This document shows, piece by piece, positions 37,390 to 48,343 of a stretch of 64,000 nt of DNA (its first letter is position 1; every line of letters begins with the position of its first letter). The stretch lies in assembly GCA_964106915.2 (NCBI GenBank), contig OZ066918.1. One strand, 5' to 3'. The DNA comes from Podarcis gaigeae (taxonomy: Eukaryota). The notes under the pieces were generated by a model. That model searched no databases. It saw only the letters and a program-made list of their open reading frames with translations, and was not told the origin of the DNA. Made by a program: the position numbers and the translations under genes.

Positions 37390-37830
37390 TTTTGGTTTAT
37401 TTTAAATTTTTCCAGTATTTTCCTGTATCTGAGTGCCCCAGAGTGGCACACAGTAAACACTGAAAGCATTCAACATTAAAAAAACCATTAAAGCCATATT
37501 TAGCTATAAACAAACTGAAACCCATTGTAAAATACAATAATGACAGGAAAAAGTTGAAAGTACAGTGAAAACCTTCTCCTTGTGCTAGTTATTCATCTCT
37601 TCCAAAATCATGGGTCTGCAGGTGTGTTTTTGCCAGTCATCTAAATGAAAACCATGTAGGGGAATAATGCACCTCAGAGAAGAGACTGTTACAAGTTTTG
37701 GGGCTATCACAGAGAAAATCCTCCCCTGTGTCCCTGCACTGTGAATCACCTTTGGCAAGAGGGCCACAATAGGGACTCCTGTGTACTTCTTAATGAACAA
37801 GCAGGCTGGTGTGGGATGAGGCGTTTTCAT
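37390..37830 (-). mobile_element. Degenerate L2 3' fragment
   Basis: Minus ORF GRIFSVIAPKL resembles L2 RAFSVAAPxLWN, with a tail-like ttattt..cccagagtgg segment. Boundaries approximate. Confidence 0.5.
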
Positions 37831-37954
37831 ATACTTATGTGCTGCTGAAGCAAGTGCTAAATCATATAGTTCTTATGTTAAGGATGAAAAAGATGGATCA
37901 CTTATCTGTTTTCTGTTTCTGTCACTGTTTTTATTAGGTGTTATTTTAGCTAAA

Positions 37955-38190
37955 TACTGAATATTGATCATTTTGCAGATGACATAAATCTAGGAAGTAT
38001 AGCAATGCAAAAGCAGAAGAAGATAGATTCAAAGTACAGACAGATATGGATCATTTGAGCAACTGGACGGAGTGAGATGAGGTTTAATGTAAAGAAGTGT
38101 AAGATTGTTCTTTTAGGTAAGAATAGCACGTAGCATAGATTTATAAAGCCAGATATCTCTGTCGGCTAGAATGCAGTCAGAGAGAAATAT
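37955..38190 (+). mobile_element. CR1 reverse-transcriptase fragment
   Basis: Reads HFADDINLG, then decayed D.D.L..W...M.FN.KKCKI..LG (RT YxDD region of CR1). Confidence 0.7.
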
Positions 38191-38291
38191 TGGGTAGATA
38201 GCAACATTTTTGTGTGTGAGAGTTCATGGTATTGTGCATGCGACCAGATTTCTTCAGTCTGTTTTTTGCTGTAACAACAACAAAAACAGCA

Positions 38292-38372
38292 AAGAGTCTT
38301 GAAGCATTTTTAAACATTAACACCCTTATTATGGCTTGAGCTTTCCTGGATTAGTCTTACTTTATCAGATGC
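38292..38372 (-). mobile_element. Degenerate Penelope pLTR fragment with decayed hammerhead core
   Basis: Minus strand gcatCTGATAAagtaagactaatccagGAAAgctcaagccataataag..aaaatgcttcaagactctt. Confidence 0.55.
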
Positions 38373-39469
38373 CGTCTTAATGCTTGTGCAACATGGGCAT
38401 CCCCTGGAATCTTTGGGAGATCAGAGAGGGTGTCATGTGCACAAGGAGTGTCATCTGGGAATAATCCACGGATGCAAAGAGGAATCCCTTGGGGTATATG
38501 CGTGGTTTCCCCCATCTCACAGAAGAGAGTGAGATTGCCATCGCACTGGATCAGAGTGTCATGCTGCGAGTCTTGCAAATAAGTATGTTGCTTCAACTAC
38601 TGAGCCACTACAAGATTAGCAAAACCTAAATAAAGTCATAAAAGTGTATCAACTTGGGAGAATGTGATTGCAATGAGTATTCTGTACTGTTCAGTTAAGA
38701 CCGAGAAGGCACTCGCCATTCATCATCATGCCTTCTGTTTTCAGTGTCCAGGCCATAGATTAATGTAGCCAGAATGGCACAACAAGGTTTTGGAGAAGTC
38801 TGGAAGTTGAGATTTGCCGAAGTATAAAAAATTATAGGGAGGGTAAAAAACTAGGGAAGGAACGAGGGAGACTCCAGTGAGAGCTAAGCATGCTCAGTGT
38901 TCAGGGATTGCTGAATGACTGATGACAGTAGACAAAAAACTTTTGGGGGGTGGGGAAGGAGAAACTAAAGGATATCCACTACGTGCTCAGAGAAATGTAA
39001 CAATAGTTGTTTGGTCAAACCGATGTGCTTGCCATATTAGCATAGGTCTAAGTGAATTTTCTTTAAGCAAATGTAATGTTTTAATTTAAAACAAAACAGT
39101 TTTTTATTTTGTGTGTTTGCTTTTTCACTTCTCTCCTTTCCCTCTCCCCCCATAGCCTTGGCTGTGACCCAGAGGGCAGGATTCAGCTAAGTGGTTGCAT
39201 TAATGGAAAGCAGCACAAGTCCCACTAGCACAACAGGACTGTCTCCTTGTCTCCCCCCCCCCCCTGCACTCCCACGCCCTCCCCAAATCTGCTTGGGGGT
39301 GCTGAGCAAACCCTGAGAACAGGGTGCAGGGAGAGGAGAGGGGAGGGGAGATCCTTCCCTCTGGCAAGCATTTCTGCTGCAATGATTGTGTTAAAGCATC
39401 ACTGAAATCCACCCAGAGAGTTCTCATACTTATCTCCCCTATTAACTCAGTAGGCGGCCTAATGTATGC

Positions 39470-39935
39470 TCCTGTCTCTTAATTTGAATCACTTTGCTCC
39501 CATCTGCAACATTAGGATGATTATAATTATGACCTACTTTACAGGACAGTTGTAAGTATTACTGAAATAATAGTCTGGTTTGCAAAACCAGACCATGGCT
39601 TAGCGTGAAGTCATGGGCTGCTTTGCTCTTCTCAGGTTATTTTGCTTCTGTGCTGTGTTGAGTTATGTCATAGTTTGGCTTAGCATGAACCTGGGTCCAT
39701 GGTTTACAAATTGTAAACCAGATAACAAATCTTGGTTACAGCTTGTTATTAGTCTGAAGAGAGCTAAACAGTGAAGCTGGTTTAGACAACACCCAAAGCC
39801 ACACTGTGGCTTAGGTCAGTATGGTGCAGCAGCAAAATAACTAGGGAGGAATGTAGCCATGGTTTGGCATAATTTGACATGTGAACTAGTCTGTTGTGTG
39901 TGAAATGCTTGGAACACTCTAAAGCATCATACAAA
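39470..39935 (+). mobile_element. MIR/CORE-SINE-like remnant interrupted by an 'aaccatgg' palindromic element (~39571-39890)
   Basis: cccatctgcaacattaggatgattataat..acctactttacagg..ttgtaagtatta resembles the MIR core and resumes at gtgtgaaatgcttggaacac. Confidence 0.5.
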
Positions 39936-40325
39936 CACTTTCATTATTATTCAGCAGGTTTCCAAACATGGTACTTGATTTGAAGAAGAAATATATGTTT
40001 GTATTTTAATGCCAATGTGAACTCCCATCCAACACCTCCATTATATCTTTCTCTTGGAAATGGAAAGTGAACTTGGGATCTTTTGTGAACTTCTTTTAGT
40101 GCCAAGCAATTAATTTGCTGACTGCTTTCCCCTTCCTTTGAGCAACTCTCAAGAATGTTTCTATGTTTTGCCATTATGATAGCAAACTTACATGTGGGTT
40201 AGTAACCAAAACCACAGGAAGCTGACTAAATAGCGTACTGAATCTATGTTTGATGTTGCTTTCACAGTTTTACTAGTCTGCTTCTCAAGCTATAAAATGA
40301 TATGATGACTCCTTTCCCTGTCTAG

Positions 40326-40415
40326 GAAGAACATCTCGAAAACAATTTGCAAACTTTAGCCACTGATGTTGCTCCACTGTATCAGAAACTAGCCCCTGAT
40401 GCTTTTCAAAACCAG
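40326..40415 (+). CDS. TET1: TET1 exon 9 (90 nt; [30 protein letters not shown])
   Basis: gtctag|GAA...CAG|gtaaa. Conserved LATxxAPxYxxLAP motif. Confidence 0.96.
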
Positions 40416-40957
40416 GTAAAATCAAAGAAACTCCATTATCTCTATTATGACACATCATCGTTTTAATACTGGTGATGCAGAAAGAAAAGCTGCACAAGTT
40501 AGTTGAAGGCCTTTCGTTACCTTAACTGGCCTAGCTGAAAGAACAGCTAGGCTGCGATCCTATGCACACTTAACTGGGAGTATGTCTCATTAAACACTGT
40601 AGGACTTCTAGAAAGAAATGCACTGCTGGTGTTACAGCTTTCAAATTCCTGCTGCTGTGTCCCCTGCTTACTAACAGGGTCAAAAAACTAATTGTTGTAT
40701 TCTTCATCCTCATTGCCGATCAGTGTATTGCATGAAGTTTGGTAGATCAATAAATCCTGACAGATGTTGTTTTAATTAGACTGTAGATCTAAGGATTTTT
40801 AGCACAATTCTCATCAAATAAGTCAAGCATTTACTTTCATATTTAGCAATGCATAACAATGACAGTGTGGGCATGTCATGGTAAACCACTAACAAGTAAG
40901 CCATGGTTAATGGTTTACCATGAGTGTGCAAATGGTTCTTATTGTAGTCCTCTCCTC

Positions 40958-41125
40958 CAGTGGCGTAGCGTGGGGGTTGCAGGGGGGGCCGGCCGCACCG
41001 GGCACAACATCTGGGGGGACGCGCACTCGCACTCGCAGCTTTCTGCCCCCTGCTAAAATCCACGGGTTAGGGGGCGCAAATTACTTGCCTTGCCCCGGGT
41101 GCTGACAACCCACGCTACGCCACTG
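40958..41125. mobile_element. hAT MITE (168 bp), same family as 24896
   Basis: Perfect 17-bp TIR CAGTGGCGTAGCGTGGG and perfect 8-bp TSD ctctcctc. Nested in an older aaccatggtt-type repeat. Confidence 0.93.
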
Positions 41126-41499
41126 CTCTCCTCTAGTGGGTTAGAGCAACAAACCATAATCCTTGGGAGTTATGGTTTGTTCTGCTCCAATCAAACCACC
41201 TTGTGAACACAAGGTTCGTTCTTGGAGTGTGCAAGTTTTGTTTTGTTGGAGCAAAACAAACCACAACCCCCTAGTTTGGAAGTAATGCTAAGACAGGAAT
41301 TGTGGTTTTTAGTTCCTGATGGCTAAAGAAAGGGGCAAAAAAAGAGTGATCTTATGCTTATGTGACCTTTGGTATTCCATGGCATGTAAATTGGGTTTAT
41401 GTGTTCTCAGTCCAGTTCTTCACTTCAAATGAAAAATTGTCCCTGAAGCTGGTGGTGTTTGGTGAGATACAATGTTATCTCCATGTAAGATTTATTTGT

Positions 41500-41640
41500 A
41501 TTTGTAGGAGGGCAGTTATTATTATTATTTTTGTTTTATTATGTATTTTGTGTTTTCATTTTGTATTTTTATTTTGTGAACCTCCCTGTGATCTTCGGAT
41601 GAAGGGTGGTATACAAAATTAATGAATGAATGAATAAATA
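41500..41640 (+). mobile_element. L2-type LINE 3' tail
   Basis: ttttgtgaacctccctgtgatcttcggatgaagggtggtatacaaa followed by (TGAA)n/AATA repeats. Confidence 0.65.
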
Positions 41641-41657
41641 ATATATTTTTTTTAAAG

Positions 41658-41795
41658 GTGGAAAATGAGCACCTGGGTCCTGACTGTCGACTTGGGATTA
41701 AGGATGGCCGACCTTTTTCTGGTGTCACAGCTTGCATCGATTTTTGTGCTCATGCCCATAAGGATACACACAACATGCACAATGGAAGCACTGTG
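41658..41795 (+). CDS. TET1: TET1 exon 10 (138 nt) with the Fe(II)-binding HxD motif
   Basis: ttaaag|GTG...GTG|gtatgc. [20 protein letters not shown], with His at 41757-59 and Asp at 41763-65. Confidence 0.97.
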
Positions 41796-42549
41796 GTATG
41801 CAACATTGTTGGGATTCAGTTTCAAAAGTGCTTGTTCATTTACAATTTATCTACTTGGCTTCTTTAGGTTGCTACCCTGTAGCTGTGAATGCACCCTTAT
41901 TTCTAGACTTGCTTTTGTTCTTAATTGTTTATGCTCTTCTTTACAAAGTCTTCTTGCAAAGTTTATCCAAAAAAGCCACTTTTATAAAATAAATTAAAAG
42001 CAATTCAGAACTGCAACAAAAGCAAGAAAAAAAAAACAAATAATAGGCTTCCTGCTCTAAGTAGACCTCTAGTTCTTGGATATGTTGCAATCCCCTTTAT
42101 AAAGCTGAAGTAATTTGCAAGGGACGCTTCAAGTTGCCGTGGTTGAAAGTTAAAAGTTTTTATGGATTGATAGAGGTAAGGGAACCAAATCATTGCATGT
42201 GGAGAACAACTTCCGCAAGTTCAACAAAACGTCTCTTCTCTGTGCTGCCCAAAATCTGCTCCAGGGGTTCCCCACTTGTGAAAGTCATTAGACAGAAGAA
42301 CTTTTTAAAGGTGAAAAGCAGCTGTGAACGATTGTGCTGTTAGTGTTTCTAAAATTGTGCAATGTTATTCAAACCTTGACATGTGGGCTTGATGTTTGAA
42401 GGAGAAGGGAATTTCCTTATTTTTCACACAAGCACCCTAAGTAGAATAATATTCTGCATGCTAAAACATAAATATCAACTTTGCTAAAGTTGCTTCACTA
42501 ACAAATAAGAGATGATTTATTATACCCCCCCCCCCATTTTTCTGGCTAG

Positions 42550-42874
42550 GTTTGTACATTAACAAAAGAAGATAACCGCATGGTTGGGGTGATACCCAAT
42601 GATGAGCAGCTGCATGTGCTGCCCCTTTACAAAATCTCACAGACAGATGAATTTGGCACAGAGGAGGGTCTGGAAGCCAAGATAAAAGCTGGGGCAATCC
42701 AGGTGCTTACTGCTTTCCCACGAGAAGTAAGAATGCTAGCAGAGCCACGTAGAGCGACGAAAAAGAAGAAAGCAGACTCAAAGAAGCAAACCTTGGCAGA
42801 GAAGAAGCTGTCTACTGCTGCAAAGGGAAAAAACAGAGTGCAGGAAAATACCAATAAAGCTTCAAAAAGTTTAG
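42550..42874 (+). CDS. TET1: TET1 exon 11 (325 nt; [10 protein letters not shown]...[11 protein letters not shown]...SKSLG)
   Basis: ggctag|GTT...TTAG|gtaggt. The phase-1 donor matches the next acceptor. Confidence 0.94.
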
Positions 42875-43049
42875 GTAGGTACAATAAACCTTGTTTCAAA
42901 AGTTACCTGATACTGGCAGAAATCTGTTTATCAAAGGTCGGGCTGACTCTCAGAATCTGAAATAAACAATCAAGCTCTCAGTGTGTCTAATAAGTAAGGT
43001 ATTGAGGGTGGGATGAAGCAAAACGTTAGCGCAATCAGAATCTCAAGAG

Positions 43050-43960
43050 TACATTTAATAAACGGACTGAATCATGGCAAGGTGGAGGTCCTATGTGGGT
43101 AAGTTGTTCTCAGATCCAGGAATTAGGGAGCCGACCTGTTCTGGGTGGAGGAACAGGTGTCTAAAGGAACAGGTGTGCAGCTTGAGCAGTTCTTCTCAAT
43201 TCAAAGCTGTTGTTAGAGGCCCAAGTGGCTTCAGTGGTGAGGAGTGCCTGTGCCCAGCTATGGCTGGTTTGCCAGCCATGGATGTTCCTGGATCAGCGAC
43301 AGCCTGACATCAGTAATTCGTATTCTGACAATCTCACAGTTTTAAAGTTGCAACACCCTCTGCATAGGCTACCTTTGAAGATGGTCCAAAAGCTACAGCT
43401 GGTGCAGAATGCAGCTGGTAGATTGTTAAGTGGGGCACCAAGGTAGGATCACATGTAATTGATCCTTAAAGCACTGCCCAGCTTGCCTGTGAGCTCCTGG
43501 GCCCAATTTAAGGCGCTGATACTGATATACAAAACCCTGAATGGCTTCAAGGCCCCATATTTAAAGGAGTTCTTCTCCCAATACCTTGCAGACCCATGAT
43601 TTGAGACAGTTGAGGGAGGCCATGCTCATTGTCCTGCCAATAATATGGCATCTTGTGAGGTAACACAAGGCAGGGGTTTCTTGATACTGCAATGGTACAT
43701 TTCCCTGCCTGGAAGAGTGTGTCTGACACCTGCATTGGCAACTTTAGGTGTCAACCGAAGACACCTTCATCTGAACTTTGGGGACACAAATGGAATCTGG
43801 AGTCCAACAGTTTCAGTATCACCTGTTGCGCTACATCTTTTTTTAGTATTAAAATGTAATTTTAGAAGCTTTGTTTTTTGTGGTGGTTGTATTTTAAAAT
43901 TTTGTGAATCACCTTGGACTCCTACAGGAGGAAGATTTATATTTATATTTATATTTCTAT
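43050..43960 (+). mobile_element. L2 LINE 3' fragment
   Basis: LPLKMVQKLQLVQNAAGRLLSG... L2 ORF2 motif, followed by a decayed C-terminus and tail. Boundaries approximate. Confidence 0.75.
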
Positions 43961-44473
43961 ATTGGTAAGTTGCTGAAGGCACTCAGCGGAAGGTGACCAG
44001 TGTTGACTCTGTTAATTTCTTATCCTGATAAAGTACTGCATTTAGGTTGGGTAGAGCTACTAATAGTAATTTTTCACATGATATTTAGAGAATGTATACC
44101 TGTTGTGCATGTGAGCTGTGTCTGCTGGAGTTTGAAAGCCACTTCATCAGCTGAAATTTTAAAATTTCAGCCACTTCAGTAGGAAGTCCTTTTTAGTCAA
44201 AGGCCAGGGTACTTTAGCACATTTTGGATTCCCATATCCAACCAGTCTTCACATTTCCCCCACCCCTCCCAAAGACACACATATGCTATTTCCAGCTCAG
44301 CGCTGGCTGCTAAAACTCTTACCCAGGATACAGCTGCCTCTTCTCTGCTGGAAACGATAAGCCTCCATTGAAGGGAAATTCATATTCTCACAATTAAGTT
44401 TGCTTTTTTTATTGACCAGCTACAGAAAAATGTACAGCTTTATATTTAAAACAATTTGTTCTTTTCTCCTTAG

Positions 44474-45603
44474 GGAGCAAAGCTAATTCATTGCAACCTG
44501 GGACAAAAATGGAGAGTGGGGATCACCTTTCTACAATAAAACACAATTCAGACACTACTAAAAATTGCTCTGTACTAAAGCAATATTCTCCTTCCTCCCC
44601 TTTAAAGCTGGATAGTTTACATTCTTGCTCTCCATTAACTCACAAAGCTGGTGGTATAATGCCAGTGAGTAATAATCAACAAGATTTTTCAACTCCCTAC
44701 GGGTATTTGCAATGCAGTAGTAACAAACCTCATGTGACACCCAAAGGTAAGATCTTTGATGTGTCCATCAGCAATCATACTGGAATTTTGCTGGATGAGA
44801 AGAGGAATGGGGTGCCCCCATTTCTTCAAGACCTTACTGTTTCAGAATCCACAGCCTTCAGAGATACCTTGCCCCACACACTTGAACAAGGAGTATTCAG
44901 CAAGCAAAATTGTGAAATAAAGTTAGAAAACTCTCCTGCCTCACAGTTGGCTAGCTCTTGTGATTCCTCAGTGCCGTTAAATTCTCCAGAAGATATAGTC
45001 AGAAATGAAATTAGTTCTTCCCAGGAGTGTCCAATGCAAAAAGGTGGTTTCAAGAACCCAAATTGCGATTCTGCCACTGCGGATAAACACCCAAGTTGCG
45101 AGCTCTTAAAGCGCACAGAGTCCGAAGAAAAGGCAGAGGAAATGTGGTCCGACAGTGAGCATAATTTTTTGGATAATGACATAGGTGGGGTAGCTGTAGC
45201 ACCATCACACGGCTCCATCTTAATTGAATGTGCACGCCGTGAGCTACACGCCACAACTCCGATTAAAAAGCCGAACCGGAATCATCCCACACGGATATCG
45301 TTAGTCTTCTACCAACACAAAAACTTAAATGAGCCAAAACATGGGATAGCGCTGTGGGAGGCAAAGATGGCCGAGAGAGCAAAGGAGAAAGCAGCGGAAA
45401 AATCAAGCACTGAAAATACCAATGTACAACCCAATGACAGGAATGTGCACCAGGCCAGTGCCTCGAGAGAGATTTTCTATGAAGAGAATGAATTCAACCA
45501 AATTCCATCGCGGCGAGCATTAACAGTAACTCATGATAACATCATAACGGTGTCTACTTATGCCCTCACTCGAGTTGCCGGGCCGTATAACCATTGGGCA
45601 TAA
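44474..45603 (+). CDS. TET1: TET1 last coding exon 12 (low-complexity insert, DSBH C-terminal half, OGT-binding tail), stop TAA
   Basis: ccttag|[20 protein letters not shown] (distal His 45247-49), RISLVFYQH (2-OG Arg 45292-94), and C-terminus [14 protein letters not shown]. Confidence 0.97.
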
Positions 45604-47429
45604 GTTTTTATAGCAACTGTACAACCTTGCCTTGGGAGCAGTGTTACACAATAATCCCTAAAGGTGCTGTTAAAGAACAAAGTCTTGTATGGTTTACTCT
45701 TTGTTCATCTCAACCATTTTGAAGGCTGAGGTAAAAAAAAATGATTTTTTCCCTTAAACTGTGACTTTATATATTTTAACATCTGGTGATTTTCAAGCAC
45801 ATTTTAAGCAAAAAAAAAATATGTATAGTTAAATGATTTTGGCTAGGTTATTAATCCTGATTGAATTATTCAGTTTATTACCTTTTGGAATTTATACTTT
45901 GGTGCTTTGAATTGTCTGTTTACTACAAATGGGCTTTTTATAAAGATTTTAACATACTTCAACTTTTATGATGTAAAATCAATTTAGACAGTATTAGCTA
46001 TACACAGCTCTTGGTGCTCGATCACAAGAAACAGTTAAAGATAAGCTGATTTTTTTTTCCTTCATGGTGCCATTGCTCCGACAGCTTCCAGTCGTTGCTG
46101 TGAAGCCCAAGTTAAGGATAACAAACCAATGATGATTTATCTTTGTACAGATCTTTCATGTCTGTATAGGTTTGTGTGTGCACGTGTATGGTCCACACAC
46201 ATCCACACACAAACAGTATCACTAGTGATGGTTGGAGGTTGTAACCTGTAAATATATATATTTAAAAGCACTTTCTATTTTTAAAGTTAACTTGAAATAG
46301 TATAAGGATCACATTTGTCTAAGGTTTCTACATTCTCTACCAAGAAATCGTTATTTTTCTTACTGTGTAGAGTTCCATACTGCTACAACAACAGTACACA
46401 TATACACATATACTAAGAATATTTGGTTTTTAGACTCTTCCCCCACCCCACCTTTTTCCCTTGAAATTTTTGGTTTGTTTCAGTTAATAAAACAGAGAGT
46501 TTGGATTTGCAAATATAAGCTTAAGGATCATTTTGTCTATACCTGTATTGCTACGGTGTTTTGTTGTCAGAATTGATTTGCTGTAGTTTGTTTCAGCAAT
46601 AAGTGCATGTGTGTCTTTCATGCAGAGCATTGCAAGCTACACGTGACAACCAAATGTTCCTAGAGTCTTGGGGGTAGAACTGTTAATTGCATCAGCAACT
46701 GCCCTCCTAAAGTTGCCTTATTAACATTCTGGAAAGTAGGACTCTAAAATATTTACAAGAGAAATTTGCAGTATCGGCTGTTTTATAGTATATTTGAGTT
46801 CATTAAATCTTCCAGAATTTTCACCAGCTGTTATAAACATGCAGTCCAACCCAGTGTGTGATTACTGAGAACTTAAGTCTACTTTGTCATTGGGTTTTTC
46901 TCCCAGGTAGAAAATTGTAGGATCACAGGCCCATTCTAATTTCCACACAGACGTTGCACAAAAGAGGAACCCATAGCATGCCAAAAGTTGCACGTTCAAT
47001 CCCTGGCATCTCCAGCCAAAAACAAGGTCTCAGGTAGGCAGAAGTCTGTATTGTGCTATGTCTCCATTTTGGGGCCCAGCTGCATTATAACTTTTGTTGA
47101 GACGCAATTGCAGCGACACAAAACAGAAATATGATCTTGCTCAACCAAAAACAAAACTAGAGAAAAGTGCACGGAAATAATTTTAAATCTCAGTTAATTT
47201 GATGTGCAAACTAAAACAAAATATTATTGATAGTCAACAGACAATAGATAACACTGATAAATCTGACAACATGGTGTGGGGAGAAGAGAGGGTATCCAAG
47301 ACCTAAATGTGTGACAGTCTCAAAAAGTTTTCCTTCTGTAAGAAATTATGCAAAATATAAAAGCAAAGCCACACCAGCAGAATGTAAAAAACCCCAAACT
47401 AGTTCTGGCTGTCACAACTCAAACAGCAG

Positions 47430-47873
47430 CTGTAAGAGGGCAACTCCTTTATGAGGGAAGGTTACAACACTTCCAAGTTTTTGAGTTAAGGAAAAAGGTG
47501 ATAAAGAGGACAATATGATAGAGGTGCATATAAATTCACACCTCTGTCATGCCCCCCTCCCCTCTTATACACAGTGCATAGTTAAATTATGGGATTTGAT
47601 GTCATAAAATGTAATGATGGCCACCAGCTTGGATGGCTTTGAAAGGAGATTGGACAAGTTCACAGTGCATAAGGCTCTCAGTGGCTGCTAGGTTTGATGG
47701 CTGTGTACTCTTCTTTGCTGCCAGAGGAAGGATGTCTCTGAATTCTGTTACTGGGGAGCACAAGTGGGGAGAGTGTTTTTGAACTCCAGCCCTGCTTGGG
47801 GGCCGATCACTGTGAGAACAGGATGCTGGACTAGATAGACCTTTGGTCTCTAAACCCAGCAGGGCTCCTCTTA
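47430..47873 (+). mobile_element. CR1 LINE 3' fragment
   Basis: gatagaggtgcatataaa..atggccaccagcttggatggctttgaaaggagattggacaagttca..aggatgctggactagat..cagcagggctcctctta. Confidence 0.8.
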
Positions 47874-48045
47874 AATTATTGCATTGTTTGTGTTACCAGT
47901 TGTTCAGGAGAAGCCATCGTGATACATGCATGGATGCCAGCTCATTCTATCCATGTATTGAAAATATTAGTAAAAAAGAGAATAATCACATATAGAATCT
48001 GTTCTGTATACACCACATTTAAATTGGTTCTTATGCGCTATAGGG

Positions 48046-48343
48046 CAGGGGTGGCTAAGCACCCCCCCCCCCCAGTTCAAGGGCCTGATTCAGTCCACCA
48101 TGCAAGCTTTTGTTGACTCTTAAGATCCCACCTATTTTGGCAGCAGGAAAAGAAAAGTCAGTGTTGAAGTGCCCAGGTGGTGGACTGTCTGCGTCTATGT
48201 GTGCATGCATGCACATGCGCATTTATGCATGCAAGCAAGCGGGGGGGGGGTGACACTCGTGGCTGGCTTGTGGATTCAAAGGGATGGCTGAAGTAAATGT
48301 AACCCTTAATTAAATTAAATTAAATTAAATTCAGCCACCCCTG
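48046..48343. mobile_element. hAT non-autonomous element
   Basis: TIR CAGGGGTGGCT/AGCCACCCCTG. Imperfect 8-bp TSD ctataggg/ctaaagtg. Confidence 0.7.

Noticed and set aside
20054-45603. Assignment as TET2 or TET3
   Set aside because: The catalytic residues are TET2/3-like, but the exon 3 and 4 peptides, the GPYNHW C-terminus and the adjacent CCAR1 indicate TET1.
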